Program-made: the position numbers and the translations under genes | The notes under the pieces: generated by a model | What the model was told of the DNA's origin: nothing | The model's database searches: none | The model's input: the letters and a program-made list of their open reading frames with translations, nothing else | Origin: Catajapyx aquilonaris | Lineage: Eukaryota | Assembly: GCA_000934665.2 (NCBI GenBank) | Contig: JYFJ02002037.1 | Span: 1-64,000, forward strand | Direction of reading: 5' to 3' | Length of the DNA: 64,000 nt | Shown here: positions 35,875 through 50,650 of the stretch, in pieces | How positions within the stretch are numbered: position 1 is the first letter of the stretch | How the letters are laid out: every line of letters begins with the position of its first letter

Positions 35875-38800
35875 TCAAACCTGCACTCCTAAATCGCGAT
35901 CTATGATGTAGTCGAACCTTTCCAAATTCTCCTCCGACCTCGAGGTTGGTAGAGGTAATGGGTGGTTGTCTTGTTGATGAGTATCACCTGTTGGTGGCAA
36001 TTCTTCCAAATGGTGAATTGGGTTTGTTGATGCTGCAGAAGATGAGGCCTCCACTTCTTCAGATGGAAGAACAGGCACTTGGATGTTTACACGGGTGAAG
36101 AATGCCATCTTTTCCCTGTTGGAATAAAGGTGAAATTGTAGTTTACTTATTTATTCCCCTAAACTGGGTTTGTTAAGACTAGAGTTTAAAACTTCATTTA
36201 CACTTCTCTTACTCATAAGAAAAAATGTAGTGATGTGATGTTACTTCTCACAAAAATACACAGCATTACTACACTGTGTGTGTGTGTGTGGGGGGGGGCA
36301 GCCTAACTAACGCCTCTCTTGCGAAACCAATGGAATGAAATTCCACAAGAACAATCTATTCATGAATGTACAGCCATCCATTTAAGAATCTGTATGTAGA
36401 ATTCAGAACGATTAAATATTTTTCTCATGGACCATTCCTAGCAATACACAATGAGGTTCATTTTTATGGTGTCCATTGTTCTGGAGAGGGAGATTGGAAA
36501 TCAACATGGGGGAAGAAATTATATAAATTACAATCTGCTGCTGGTTCCAGCCTGCTCTGGCCAACCAGTCAGCACAACAGTGACCACAGGTCAAGAGTGG
36601 CACAGATGCAATGAGTCTGACAGCCAACAGCATACTAGACATAAGTGCATTATTCCTTTCAGAATATGTTTCACATTCTCATTGTGTACTATCACAGCAT
36701 CACACAAAACAATGCCTGCAACATTGCACTATTTCATATTGATTGTTACTTAAAAATGAATAATCAATGTGTTGGAAAATTTCATGGATTGAAATCCCGA
36801 TAATTCCATTAAGCTTACTTTCATACCCATGTCAAATAATTTACTCCCACTGCATAAACTTCTTGTACTAGTTTCCTATGATACATATGTTATTTCCTAT
36901 CATTTTAGTCCTACTAAAAACACTCCATTGTTGTAGAGCAGGAAAGTCTGAGGTTCGGTCAGGAGCAAAGAGGATAGAAATAGGGGGGCAGGGGGAAGGA
37001 AACCATGCTTTGATGCTTCTCATATGGGCAGCCAACTGCAACATTTGCACCATGTATTCCTCCATCCCAACTGTTCCTTTGTACATCTCTGGATATTCCT
37101 AGCAGGTTGTAAATATGGAGCCAGCAAGTACAATGCTCCATGCAAAGAGTCCATAAAAACAGCATGTTTCAATGTTACCCTCAATGTATATATTATCAAT
37201 TCTTCTTTAAACGTCACAATTATGGTTTAACTAGCCCTATTTTGCAATTTACAGTAAAACTTCTTTAAGTCGAACTTCCCTAAGTCGAAGAAAATTATGA
37301 GCTTGGTTGGGCACAATGTAAAATAATAGGAAATAAACTTCCCTAACTCGAATTTCTATAACTCGAAGTTCTCCATAACTCGAAGTGCAGGCAGGGCCTT
37401 ATGGTGGGATATCAATGCATTTTCAGTCTCCCCGAAGTTCATGTTGGTGAGTACGGAAAATTTTCTCATCTCCCAGCCGAAGGGTCGAGAGTAGGCCACA
37501 TGTACAGAAAGGCTCCATTTCCTGATCTGTCTACCAGACATACCAAAAGAAGTGTTTGACTCTATTGTGACAATTGAAACATTGAATCTAAGAGGACGCA
37601 AATGTCCATAACATGCTTTTTTAAACACCTAAACAACGAGGAACATTGTAAGTGTGATAGTGACAGTTATTTTTAAGTTTTGAACACCTTTTATCGCTGG
37701 ATATAAAGGTAGGTTTCCTTATATAGTTATGTGCTTAAAAAGTCCAAACTTCTCTAACTCAAATATTCTACTACTCGAAGTTTTTTTCCGGTCCCATGGA
37801 GATTCGACTTATAGAAGTTTTACTGTATATGGTAAATGTAAAAGTGCACTCACTTGAAGGAAATGACATCCGGTTGACCCTTTCCAGCCTTGCTCTTCCT
37901 GAGCTTGTAAATCTCTTTGGAGGTCTTCTTCATCATCCTCTCCACTTTCCTGTCCTCTGCACACCTGACACTACTTCCTGCCTTTCCACCTGCACTCCCA
38001 CCCGCATTGTCCACCCTAGCCACCAATGACTGGAACAGGTCGTTCTCCAGGATCCACCCAGCCACCTCTGTATCCCCCTTTCTCCTGGCATCCTCTAGCT
38101 TGTCCCGTAGCACCCTTAGCCTTTGCAGCTCATCCTGTAGGTGGTGCAGCTTTGTCTGCTGCGCCTGCAGGTCAAGCTCTAAGTCAATGCTGGTGCGTGC
38201 TGTCAGCGAATGAGACCTTGGGCGCTGCTTTGGGTTCGGAGCAGCAGAGACAGCCGCTCGTTTCCATCTAAGCGACCGCCTTTCTACTGAGTTGCGCTGG
38301 AAGGGACCAGCAGAGGAACCACTGCTTCGCCGGTACAGTGGCATGGAGCTGTCTGAATCACTGCGGCTTAGTCGACAAGTGTACTGGGATTTGCTGACAG
38401 CAGCTGATGGGGAGAATGTTTGCGAGCGCTTTATGACAACACCAACCCCACTTCCGGCAACCCCAAGACCACCACGACGACGGGGACCCTTCTCTGGGAT
38501 GAAAACACACTCTGTGTTGGTTTCCTTGTCTGCATGCTCAGGTGGCTCTTCCAATGGGGGCTCTTCCTGCAAAAAACACAAGGGAAAAAAAACAAATTAC
38601 AGGCTTGTTCACATAAACATGCAACCAGCATATTCAAATAGTCACCAGAACAGTACAAGTACATTTTCCAAACTTTGTCAATATTAAATTGTGCTCGACA
38701 ATCATAATCAATCTCCGCATCCATAACTTCTTGAACATATCCCCGCCATTTACTGTAATTTCTGTCCATTCAGACTTCATGTAACAAGTCAACTTACCAC

Positions 38801-41800
38801 TTCTTCCACCACATTCTCCAGGACAACCTCTTCTTCTTCACTCTCACTCTCTTCATCTTCATCCTCCTCCTCATCCTCCTCTTCCTCCTCCTCTTCTTCT
38901 TCCTCATCCTCCTCTTCCTCACTGTCCACTTGCTGCTCCAGCTTTTCCAGGTCCTCCAGCTTCATACTAACTGCTGTCTGGACCACTTCTGCATCTGCAA
39001 TGTAATTACATCAGATATCATAAACAGGTAGTAAATATTTACAAGTAGCCATTTCATTAAAGGTCAGCCTAGTATTGCCCAACCACCATCAAATGATCCA
39101 TCTGTTGTACTGTACATGTCTGCAACTGTTTTACACGAAATCTAAGGTAGTGGAGAGCATGCATGAAAGAGACATGATGGAATGATTGGTGGTCATCAGA
39201 GAAGTAACATCCTTTGCCGAGATTCTCAAAGCCAACTTACAATCAAAAGGCACCAATGTATCAACCCCCCTACATAATGCTACCTAAGAGCCAGATGTAT
39301 GCACACAATTTAAGGGAAAATTTCAGTTTATATCTACTACCCATTATTGAAAAATCAGAAATGTCTGTAACCTGTGTTCATACAACCAGATATAAGCATG
39401 CAAAATGTGACTACAGACGGGGGAAAAGGGTGTCAGTTCTAATGACCACAACAATTTATTCCCCTAAAGGTGAATGTAGTTCACCAGTTACTGCAAGAAC
39501 TTGTTGAATACTGCCTGCAAAGTTTACTCAAGTTTGAAAGCAGTCCCATATTTGGCGACCTTTACCAACCTTGATTCCTGGTCAGCGTGGAAGTTTGCGA
39601 GGATATGATTGTGGACTCATCGCTGCTTTCTTCCTTGATGGTCCCATGCCTGTACACACTCACATCGCTCTCCTGCTTGTCATGCCTATGTTGTTGCTGT
39701 GGTTGTTGTTGTTGTTGCTGCTGCTGCTCTTCAGCCTTTCTGTTGTTGTCCACCTGCATGAAGCTGAAGCTGAGGATGTTGTACCACTTGACCAGGATTG
39801 AATCAGGGCTGAAGTCAGCTAGGCTGACTTGTGCTGATCCTAGACATTCTCCCTTTCCATCCTGTGACACGGACCACACTGTGATCTGCAGGGTCTTGGT
39901 GCACAGTTTGTTTAGGGGGACAGGCAGAGGAAAATTCTCCCCAAAAGCAGGCCTTTGCAGGTCAGAAATGGCAGTGGTGCTGCAGGCCATCACTGAGCTG
40001 GAGGAGCTCGGGAGAAGAGCTGCCTTTATACAACTATGGAAGAAGTAATTGGCATAAACAGGGATGTCACAAAGCATATGCTAATGTAAGAGACTGGCAT
40101 TTCTATTGATACTTACACCCTGTGGTTTTCTGGTATGGAGAGAGCTGCCAAGTTGCGAGCCCTTTCAATGCCAATGTGAAGAAGACCGTCACTCACTGAG
40201 TACCTGCAATGAGACATATGTTATCATTCCACCTCATAAGTAATAAGTAGTAAGTAAGTAATGTATTTATTCCAATTAGGAGAGAGAAAAAGTGTCTGGG
40301 TCATCATGCAACACTCATTCCAATAGTAATTCTTTCCTACTATATACAAATGCCCATGCTACTTAAACCACCTACTGCATGAGGAATAAAGATGACAAAA
40401 GCACTGACACACAAAAACTTGATGCATTTTCAAATTATTGCGTCACAGTGTTATGTTATCCAGTGAAACATGTTTGCAAAGACCCTGCATCTCACATAAA
40501 CTTGTCCTGTGGAATTTTTGCTGGTCCTGGAGGATTTTCAACATTTTTTTGTTGTATACAGGGTGAAGGGAAACTCGCGGACAATCGCCAGGTAAACTTA
40601 TAGTACTCGCAAAACGAATATATGCATGTGCAATTAGTTTTTGGCTCTGTTGCATAGTTAATGCATATGGCGCCCTTGAAGTGTAGAGGGCCAGATGGTG
40701 GAATATGAGGCAAAAACAACAAAGTGCACGGGTGTCGTAGCTGGATTCTTACTCTGACAGGATTTGATCACCTATTGCACATGGACAATGTGTTATGGGA
40801 CCAGAGGCCCTCGAACTGACTTTTGCTTCTTTATAGCTGGCGGAACGGATGTGACATCACGAAACTTAGACGGCACTGTATGCATTAACTATGCAACAGC
40901 ACCCAAAACTAATTGCACATCCCTATATTACTTTTACGAGTACTATCAGTCTATCTGGCGATTGTCCACGAGTTTCCCTTCACCCTGTATAACAGGAACT
41001 GTTCAGTATAGAACATCTGGAGTATACCACTTTTGGCATTATATAATTCCATGACAATGCAATGCTAACCAAAGCCATCTTGTGATTTGTATAACAATGC
41101 ATTCACAATACCAAATGATAACAAGCATCTAACTCCATAGTTTTTACTCACCTGAGTTTGATCTGCACTTGTGCAGTCTCCAAGTTCATCTCAGTAAGAG
41201 CAGGGTTGTCACTTCCCCTCCCATTGCAAGCCTCAAACACCCCACTATCCCCAGCCACACTCTCATCACTCACTGCTGCTGACACTGATCTAGCTGCACC
41301 TCCACCTGCTGCCCCCCCTACCACTGCTACTGCTCCCTCTTTCACCTCCTCGGGCCCGCCCTCGGATATTGGTGACAATGCCTCAGAAGGCGGTGGAGCC
41401 ACTTTCACTGCCGGCGCCACAGGGGGCTTGGCTGCCAGCCTGAGTTCAGCCAATCGCTCCTCCAAGTTAACACGTTCAGCCAGTAGTCGCTTGTGTTCAG
41501 CTGAGTTCAAAAATGCTTGTTCATATGGTGGGGGAAGCCCCAACTCATAAGGACTAACAGGTGGGCTCACTGATGAGAGGGAACTACGAGGTGACAGTGA
41601 CAGTTGAGGTGGAGTTGCACTGTCATCCACAACAACAACTGGTGCTGATTGTAACAACCGCTCAACCCTCCGATGCAAATCAACCATGTTGACCTGTTCT
41701 GGGTGTGTGCACTGAGGCATCCCATAAATGTCAGTAAAGCTGAGGCTACTGAGGCTGCCCCGGCTTGAGGTGGAGAGGCTCCCAAGGCTGGAGCTGGAGC

Positions 41801-44800
41801 TCATACTAAGGGTTGAAGCAGAGAGGAGCCGCAGTTGACTCTCCAGATGTGCCATTGCCTGCAGGGCCTCTTTGAGCTGTACAAGAAGGACCTGCTTCTC
41901 CTCATGGAGCCTTAGACGATCTGATATGGCTCGATTTGACATCTCCACTGCAGCATTCAGGTCCTGCTCCAGCTTGCGAATCTCTGTGCGTATTGCTTGC
42001 ATCTCCTGAGGAAAATAACAAACTTTATGATCACACTGAAAAGTCAGTCACTAAAATATAGCAGTTTTTTAATGGCATCAGTTGCTCAGTCTTTTGAAAG
42101 GGTGAAAATCCACACCATAGATCAAGTATCAAACCACAAATCGTAAGGTTCGTAAAACTTCTCATGTGAAATTACATTAACAATTACAGGATCCATACAA
42201 AAACAGATAAGAGAAGTACAGCATTATTCTACATTATGATTTGAGATGTATTATAATTGAAGGGGTCGGTGCAATACCGCCCTAACCCACCAAATGACAC
42301 AAATTGAGTTAAGCACACTTCCATGTACTAGACTCATGTATCTAATAAAATCCATTGAAATTGTGCAGTTTCTGCCATCGGTCACTGAGAAATCAAATGA
42401 AATAAGTCACATGGTATATGGGATGTATATGGCCTCTCAAACTTTCAACTGCAGTTTTCTCAAAATCAGGTTTGGGAGGGTTAGGGCAGTATTGCACCGA
42501 CCCCTTCAATTATGTACCACAATACATGATCAATCTATAGTTCAAGTTCACCTCATTGACATTCACTAGAAATTTCATTCTCACAGATTCTCAAGGCTAT
42601 ACACATTGGGTTACTCAAGATGTGCAAACAAATTGGCTATGATGGTGTTACATCTTCACCACTTACTACTACTAACCTGAAGCAACATGAAATCAGCAAT
42701 CTTTTCTTATTGCAGCAAATTTTAAAGGCTTTTAAAGTGTTTTTCAATCCTAAATAATGAGGTTCTGAAGCATGAATGCAGAGAATTCTTCTCACCTGTT
42801 GTGACCTAGACCTAGGTGTAATGCTCCTGAGCTCCCTGAGAAGTTGCTCCTTCTCCTGATAGAGCAAAAGCCTGTCCTTATCTGACTCAGCCTGTCCAGG
42901 AGCCACCTCTCCTTCCAGCTCAGCCAGTCGATGCTGAATCTGTTGCACCCTCTTCCTTGCCTCATCATACTGGAGTCTCATCCGAGCCATTTCCGCTAGT
43001 CGAGTCCCAATGGGGACTAGCTCTCCTGAGAGGTCAGTTTGAGAGGCAGTGCTAAGCTTCTCCGAAGGTATGCTCAGAGTGGACACGTCTGGGGAGGATT
43101 CAGACAGCTGGAGGCGGGTCAGATCGTCCTTTAGTTTCGATAGACTTTGCATCAGCTCTGCCTTTTCCTTCTCTCCAGACAAGAGGGACTTCTGGATATT
43201 CCGTAATTCATTCACTATAGCCTGTGCCTCCGATATGTTATAGTAGCCACCCTGTGTTGCCAGTTTCTGTTCCACTCTGGAAGAGATTACAAACTGTGAG
43301 TCATACCTCGAACAGATACCTTTACATAATTTTCATGACAGACATATTGCTTCCACTAAAACAAAATGGATATGACCAGGAAACATAGTGCACCTATTAG
43401 GTTTGTTCCTGACAGCAACAGCTAAAATAAATAAATGACAAATATCTCATAACCCACTAAGTTTTGGTGTAAAATTAAAGCATTAACGAGAAAAACGATC
43501 TAAGGGCTGTTTCCATCAGTGAACTTTCATTTCGCACAATTTTATTTGTGGGTGTGACAGGGATTTTGCATATATTCCAATCGAGGACAATTTTTGTTCA
43601 ATTCAGAATGCCATTACTAAAATGAAATTTTTGAATATTTTCTGCATCACTAGCTAATTTTATCATGATTGCACAATCATGTTTTATCTGAAGGGTGGCA
43701 CACACAAAATCAGGTGTACACTATGTCATGAAATCACACCTAATCATGAGCACGTTCCAATGCTCCCTCATGAAAAATAATTACGAGTAATATTGTAATA
43801 CGGTGTAAAAAGAGGAGTGGCCAAATCCTCGGTTTTACGTATATTGTCTTGCAATTGCATCGTCCAATTTTGGACTTCTGCTTTTGAAATTTGTGGTTTT
43901 CATTTTTGTGAGCATATTTTGTGCTGGTGGAAACAGTCCTTAACTTATCAAGTGAGGTGATAGCAAACAAATATATATTTAGAGAATCCACTGTAGACAC
44001 AGCTTGTAAAAATTCCACAGTGCTATTATTGTTAAAGGTAAAAATAGAAATCTACTCCTAATCTTATTTAATCAGTTAAGTCCAAATGCATGGCAGGAAG
44101 CCACATTCCGCACCATTTTTCATGGGTGCTTATATGCGAACTGGCCCCAGTGACCAAAAGGTGAGGGGCATCAAATGCCAATCAATAACCCTTGCATACA
44201 TGGCACATCACTGACTTTCAATTACAGAAATGCAAAGGAATGTTATTTCTGCCTTAATTTGAATACCAACAATTTGGACTGACGTGCATGTACTAATTTC
44301 GGACAATTCTTATCACCACCATTCACTTCATCTAGTTCTCTGGATATTCATAAATATTATTTGTGCAACTTAATACTTTACTGTATGTGCTGCTCATTAA
44401 ATAACATTCACAGAAATTTAATTTTTGCCACATTTCCCCCACCTAACCCTACTGAATTTTCATTACAACAAGGGTCGAAATCACACTTACTGTGCCAAAG
44501 TCTCAATTCCTCTCTGCTTGTATGCCATCTCTGCCCTGATCTGTTCCAACTCCTGCTTCAAACGTGAAACCCGGTTCTTTGCAAGGGCCACATCAGCCTT
44601 CAAAAGGTCTGGGTCAAACTTCGAGCTAGTGCTGCTAGAACTGGAACACACTGAAATAAATAGACAAGAGTAAAAAGGTTAAACTCAGTCCTCATTAACT
44701 CATGCTTCTTGCACACTTGAATGCATCAAGAATTGTACAATTTCAATCCATGTACCGTTAACCTGCTATAAAACATACAATGTAAGCAACATCCCAACTT

Positions 44801-45825
44801 ATTTCTATACCTGAATTGTAATGAAACAACTGCCCTAATATGCAGGGTGTTCCAATTGAAATCCCTTAGAGTGTGGAGTTTTTTAAACGCTAAGTTGCTT
44901 ATTTTCAAGTGATTACTTTGGAAGTTGCTTAACTGAAAACATATCTGAGGCCAGGTTTCACAGCCTCAGGGAGGGTTTTCTGTTCCAGAAAGAGAGAGAA
45001 AATGGCCCGAAAAATGTGCTGCACATTTGCATCTCCCTCTAGTACTTCTTTCTATACTCGAAAAGAGTTTCTCCTAAGAAAGCATACATTACAAGAGCAA
45101 GGTATAGACCAGAGAGTATAGGTCTATACCTGGTGAAGCCACCTAAAAGGAAATGGCTATCTCTTGGCCGCTCCCCTCTAACTGGCTTCATAATTCACAA
45201 TTTTCAGCCTCCAGGACCACATATGCCCTTCCCCTATGCTCTGATCTGGAGAGTGATGACCCTCAATGCCCAAAAGTGGGCTTTCACAATGTATTTCACC
45301 CTTTTAATACACGGATGTGTTTCGACAACCATGCCTGCACACATGCCAATCTTATGGCGAGTGGACATTGATGTTGAAAGTATAACACATGTCCTCCTCC
45401 CTCCCTGGAAATTGCTGAATTTGTGACAGCACATTTAACTTTTGACCAATCATTACCAGTTATTCGTATTTCTCGCATACGCCCTCTAAGACAATCCTTA
45501 CTATCTGTTGTTAGTAGATAAGATTTTTGACAACCAAAGTAACTTCTTAAAACCAAGCAGCTTAGTGCCAAAAAATTGCTAAAATTGCTGAATTAACAAA
45601 TTGAGGGCATGATTATGATCACGTATAAAAACCGCCAAACCAACTATTTACCACTCAAACATTGCAGGTGCATCCCCTCCAAATATTTCACTGCTGTTTT
45701 GAGCAACACTGTAGCCATATGTACTATTTCAAAATGAATAATGCAGAGGCCAGCCATTGATAAAATATTGTGCTGCCCCAACCCAGTATTTTAAAAATTT
45801 ATCGATCCGGATCCTCAAAAGTTGC

Positions 45826-45900
<75 letters not shown>

Positions 45901-48900
45901 TCCTCCCAAGTGGAAACAGCCAATGTGTCCAATTGATTCAAACCCAATGGTGAATCAACCACCAATCTTTTACTCCCATTTAAAAAAAAAAAAAAAAAAC
46001 TCAAGCCACAAAAATTTCTCCACAACCATCCTATCCTCCCATCCTGCCCAATGTCCCAACCCGAAAAGTTCCCCCCTCCAGCCAATGAAGTGCAGGACAA
46101 GTGTTGGGAACCCAGGCAAGCCATGCAACCTGTTCTCGTTTTTCTAGTTTCGCGAGATAAAATTATCCGTTTCGGGGCTTCGGACGTGGGACAAGTGAGA
46201 TGCAAAACCCGCCTCAACTCAACCACATTCCTGCCCCAACTTTCCCCCCTCCCTCCTTCCTTATATCTGGCCACTCTTGAAAAGACGGCAGGAGAGAAGG
46301 AGAAAAAAAGAAGACGGTGGGGGTAAGGAGAAGGGTGGAGGGGGTGAGAGAGAAAGAGAGAGAGAGAGAGAGAAAAAAAAAATTCCAACCTCGCAGAAAT
46401 TTCACCCGGAGTGTACCTCAACAAAGAAGTGGCAGTATGAGGTCACCAGGAAGAAAAGAAAACGGAAGGAGTAGCCAAAAAAATAAATAAACAACAACAA
46501 CAATCTGTGCCTGAAGGATGACTGTTGACAAAATTCCATCGTGCAGATTTGGCACACAAAAGCCGGGCGATTGTACTATGACCTAATAAAAATGCCTCTG
46601 CAAATGAGTCATAAAGTCACTTTCACTGGCTGCATACTTTTTCCCGGCTGTCAATCCCTTTTCCACACTGCAGAGTACAATGGTCGTTTAGAAATGACTG
46701 TTTCGGTGCTTACAGGCACTATGGGAGGAGGAGGAGGGGGAACAGAGTAGCAAGTATGTGTGTACTTGCACTGAGGCTAGAAAATCCGGCTAGATATTTA
46801 AAATGTCAATCATGAGGCACCATATTGCATGGATGGCACATTCCAGTTGACAAATTTATTGCTTGACTGTCATGACCCACCTCTGAAAATATTGTAGTTG
46901 TGAATTTCTAGTGTAAAGATGATAGGAGGAGGGTATGCATTGTTTTACACTGAAGATCGATGGCTGCCAATGCAAAGCTAAAATAACTTTCATTCCACAC
47001 TGCATGTCGTACTACAAATGAATCATAGTACCATACCATTTTCATTGTTACACAGTTGTAATTATTTGACCTGCTTTTTATTAAACCAACCAACTGCAAC
47101 CTGAACCAAAAAAAAATAATCCCTCAGGATGAATAAATGCTCCTAAATTTTATTCATCCAAATATACCATAATTTTTGTGCACATAATACTTACAACTGG
47201 TTCTTGAGTTATTGAGGTTGGTGAGTGCATTGTGAAGGTGCTGGTACTCATCCTCAGCGAAGTACAACCTCTGCTCCTTCACATCTAGGATCTCCCGTTT
47301 AGCCTGCAATGAACGAGATACAAATCATTCAGTGCAATTATTCATTTCCAGTGAGAGAGATAAGGGAAGACGAAAAAACTAGTATAACTACCAGATCCCA
47401 CAATCCAAGTGTAACGTGAAGGCATACCTAAAACTCTACCTCTCCCCACTCCCCCACCTCCAAATGAGCTTTCTCCACAACATTCCTGAAATTCATTCTC
47501 ATTACTCGCCCTGTTTATCAACCAAATATTTCTCCTATATATATATATATTTTTTTTTACAAAAAAAAAAAGATACAGCAATTGCGTCACGCCTTTGTTC
47601 GCCAAAAATGCTGTTCCATCCCGGACCTTCCTTAACCAACCTTTTCTTCTTCCTTCTCAGAGAATACCCTCCAGTGGTAATAAATGTAGGGTCCTAGTGG
47701 GAAGTTTCCCCACAAAGGATGTTCCCTGGAACATTGTACCACAGTGTCGGAATAATGCGATTATAATGAACTGGCTTGTGCGTGTCGCAATTAGGACTAC
47801 GATGGAACGAATTAAAATGTTGGGAAACGTCACGTGTGCTAGCAGTGAATCAAACGGCTTTTAAATGCTGGGTGGTCCAAATCTCCTTTAATCTCCATGT
47901 AACATTAATCAGCCCCTATCAATCAAGTAGCACTAGATCATCCTATCATGAATTGCGACTTTACAATTATACGAATGGTGACACCGACTTTCGAACGTGA
48001 CACGAGAAGCCTAGGGAATCCCACTAATAATTACATACTATGTTTAGTTATTATTCCGTGTATTAAACCGTGCCAAATATTATTTAAAACCCACTTAACA
48101 CTCCGATCTAGATAATGTAATTACCACCACAATCCAATTACACATTCTCACATTCTTCTGCGCTCTTTTTTTATTTTATTTTTTTAAAAAGCTAATATAA
48201 AAAAAAACTCCCTCGGGAGGTAAAAATTAATAACGTCCTTCTCCCCTTGACATAGCAGGTTTTGAAAGGAAGAGGATGTCCTCTCTTGGAGCCTACCTGG
48301 CGGATCCTAGGTATTGGGGAGCGGGTGGAAGTGGAGGGGAGGGGGAGGGGGCGCATTCCACCACAATCCCCCACCACCCCTACTTTTATCTCCACCCACT
48401 GAACCACCCACCTAACTGGGTGCCTAAAGAACAAAAATGCGTTGGCCACGGGATCAACCTATCTCTTTCGAGACATATACACTCTTGCGTATGTGCATTT
48501 ATTATTAATATTATTGTTATTATTGAAAATGTACACCGCGCCACTATACCGGAATTTAATCACGAGATCTTGCAAATTCGGCGGAAAATATTTTAAAACC
48601 TTATCGAATGAAAGCTTTTTACTACTATTACGTATTATAATCTTGATACACATTATATCAGTAGGCCTGAATTAAACAGGACCGGAAATTGTAAATGTAA
48701 AAATTACTGCCGTGAATAGTGACGTACTTATCATTAGGGGCTTCGGGTGGAAGATTTGGTCAAATTACAGCTTAAATATGTATCACATGTGCGTAAAGCG
48801 TGGGAAAGTAGGTCATAACTCAAATTATGCAGACCTTTCCTGAATAGTACCCTCACGGACTGAGGTACGAAGAAACCTGTATTCCTTCTGTTAAAATAGA

Positions 48901-50576
48901 TGGAATCACCTCAATATTGCAACATTATTCCTGTTTAGAAATAGCATTGCTTGCACTATCAACATAATTTTAATATTAAAAGTTTCCTTGCTTTGAAACC
49001 GCATTCCTTACATTCCTCATTAATGTCATCATTGTTTCCCCACATAGTAATACATACCACACCTCCTCATTATTCACGTCACCTCATTTAAGCCAAACTA
49101 GCTTCACTAGATATTACTCCACAATTGAAAACAATACCGCCATTGCTAGCCTGCAATTATGCAATGGCCCAACATGCCAAATCTTAACCTTAGCATCACG
49201 GCTCAAGTCGTGCTATTTTCAAGCATTGTTTCCTCTCCATAACAATGCGGCCAATAATTTGAGAACATCATGCACTTCGTTTGTATATACGTAAACATGA
49301 GAGTGGGAAGATTACGATATTCCCATCCGATGACACATAGGTGAATCCACAAGCCCGATTTTTATCAAAAGCACAAATAGACTGAGCCGCTATATTTCGG
49401 AAACATTCACATGCCAGAAGGCTATGACAACCGTAGTTCATGCGCAATAATCCTGATCTGGTGCAATGTCTACAGATTTTTATCCGACTGATTTCTGCTC
49501 GATATGACGTTCGTGCTGTGTAAACGCAGCATATGTGCAAGACATTCAAGAGATGGCCTCCCCATCTCTGAAGCACACAAATGGTTTGAAGAAGAAGAAA
49601 GAAAAAAAAAAATTGAGAAGCAGCAAGTCAATCATGATCCGCCTCGGGTCAGGCAGATATGGGCGCAGCGTTGCCAAACCTTTCCTCCCATCCCCCAACA
49701 ACAACAAAATGCTCCCAGACACACTACCACACTTTTGGACACATTTCCACAATCTCCCATACTCCATTCCGAAAAAAAAAAGCAGTCGCTAAACAACCCC
49801 CCGCGTCATCCGCGTCCTCAATGTCCTCAGCATCTGAAGGCTAGGCAACCATGACCCAATTGACCATCTTTTTTTTTTTCTTCTCCCCCCACTCTTTTTT
49901 TGTGTGTGTATGCAGGGTGTCCCTGCGTAGTTCGGTAGCAGCAGGTGGATCATCCCACCTTTTAAAATACAAGGTTGTCAAATGGGGCGGTGCTGGACTT
50001 ACCTCGATTTCCTCCTTGGCCGTGTGCACGTAGTCGCGCAGCATGGCCTCCTGGATGTCCCTCCACTCCAGCCTAGGATCCTCCAGCTGAGTTGTCTCTG
50101 TTAAAAATTTTAAAAAATTTTAAAAAATCAAATTAGCTTCATAAATATTTTAATATATGAAATAATTACACCGCAAAAATGACAATACTTACGTTTAATA
50201 TGATTGATGAAATACACGCCGATATGCGGATCGTAGGCCTGTTCCCAGCCCCAAGGAAGCTCGTTCCCGATACAATCCGCGAAACTCTGCGGCTTGGTGA
50301 GTCTAGACACAAAAAGAATGCAAGGAATTAGTCACAATCGCCATTCAGCAGAATGTTGCGTCAATGAATACGGCAGACAATGTATCGTGTGCGACCCCCA
50401 TGCCGTTTAGTCAGCCGCTCCCCCCAAAAAGAATGCGATTAAAGCGGACCTGTTTATAAATAACCGGGACATTGTATTTACGCGCCGTAACATTCCCAAG
50501 GAGTACTCAGCGATCTTCGTTGTGACCCCCTATCCTTGGCTCCCCCCCCCCCCCAACCCTCTAAGAATATTTATAC

Positions 50577-50650
<74 letters not shown>

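Noticed and set aside
35770..35877. Possible stop-codon readthrough of kibra (34 open codons after TGA)
   Set aside because: Length is unremarkable, the context is TGA-T rather than TGA-C, and extension would mask the PDZ-binding end.
37917..43243. Plus-strand ORFs (38292, 39587, 41158, 43049 and others)
   Set aside because: Antisense shadows of kibra exons; poly-C and poly-L runs mirror the poly-Q tract.
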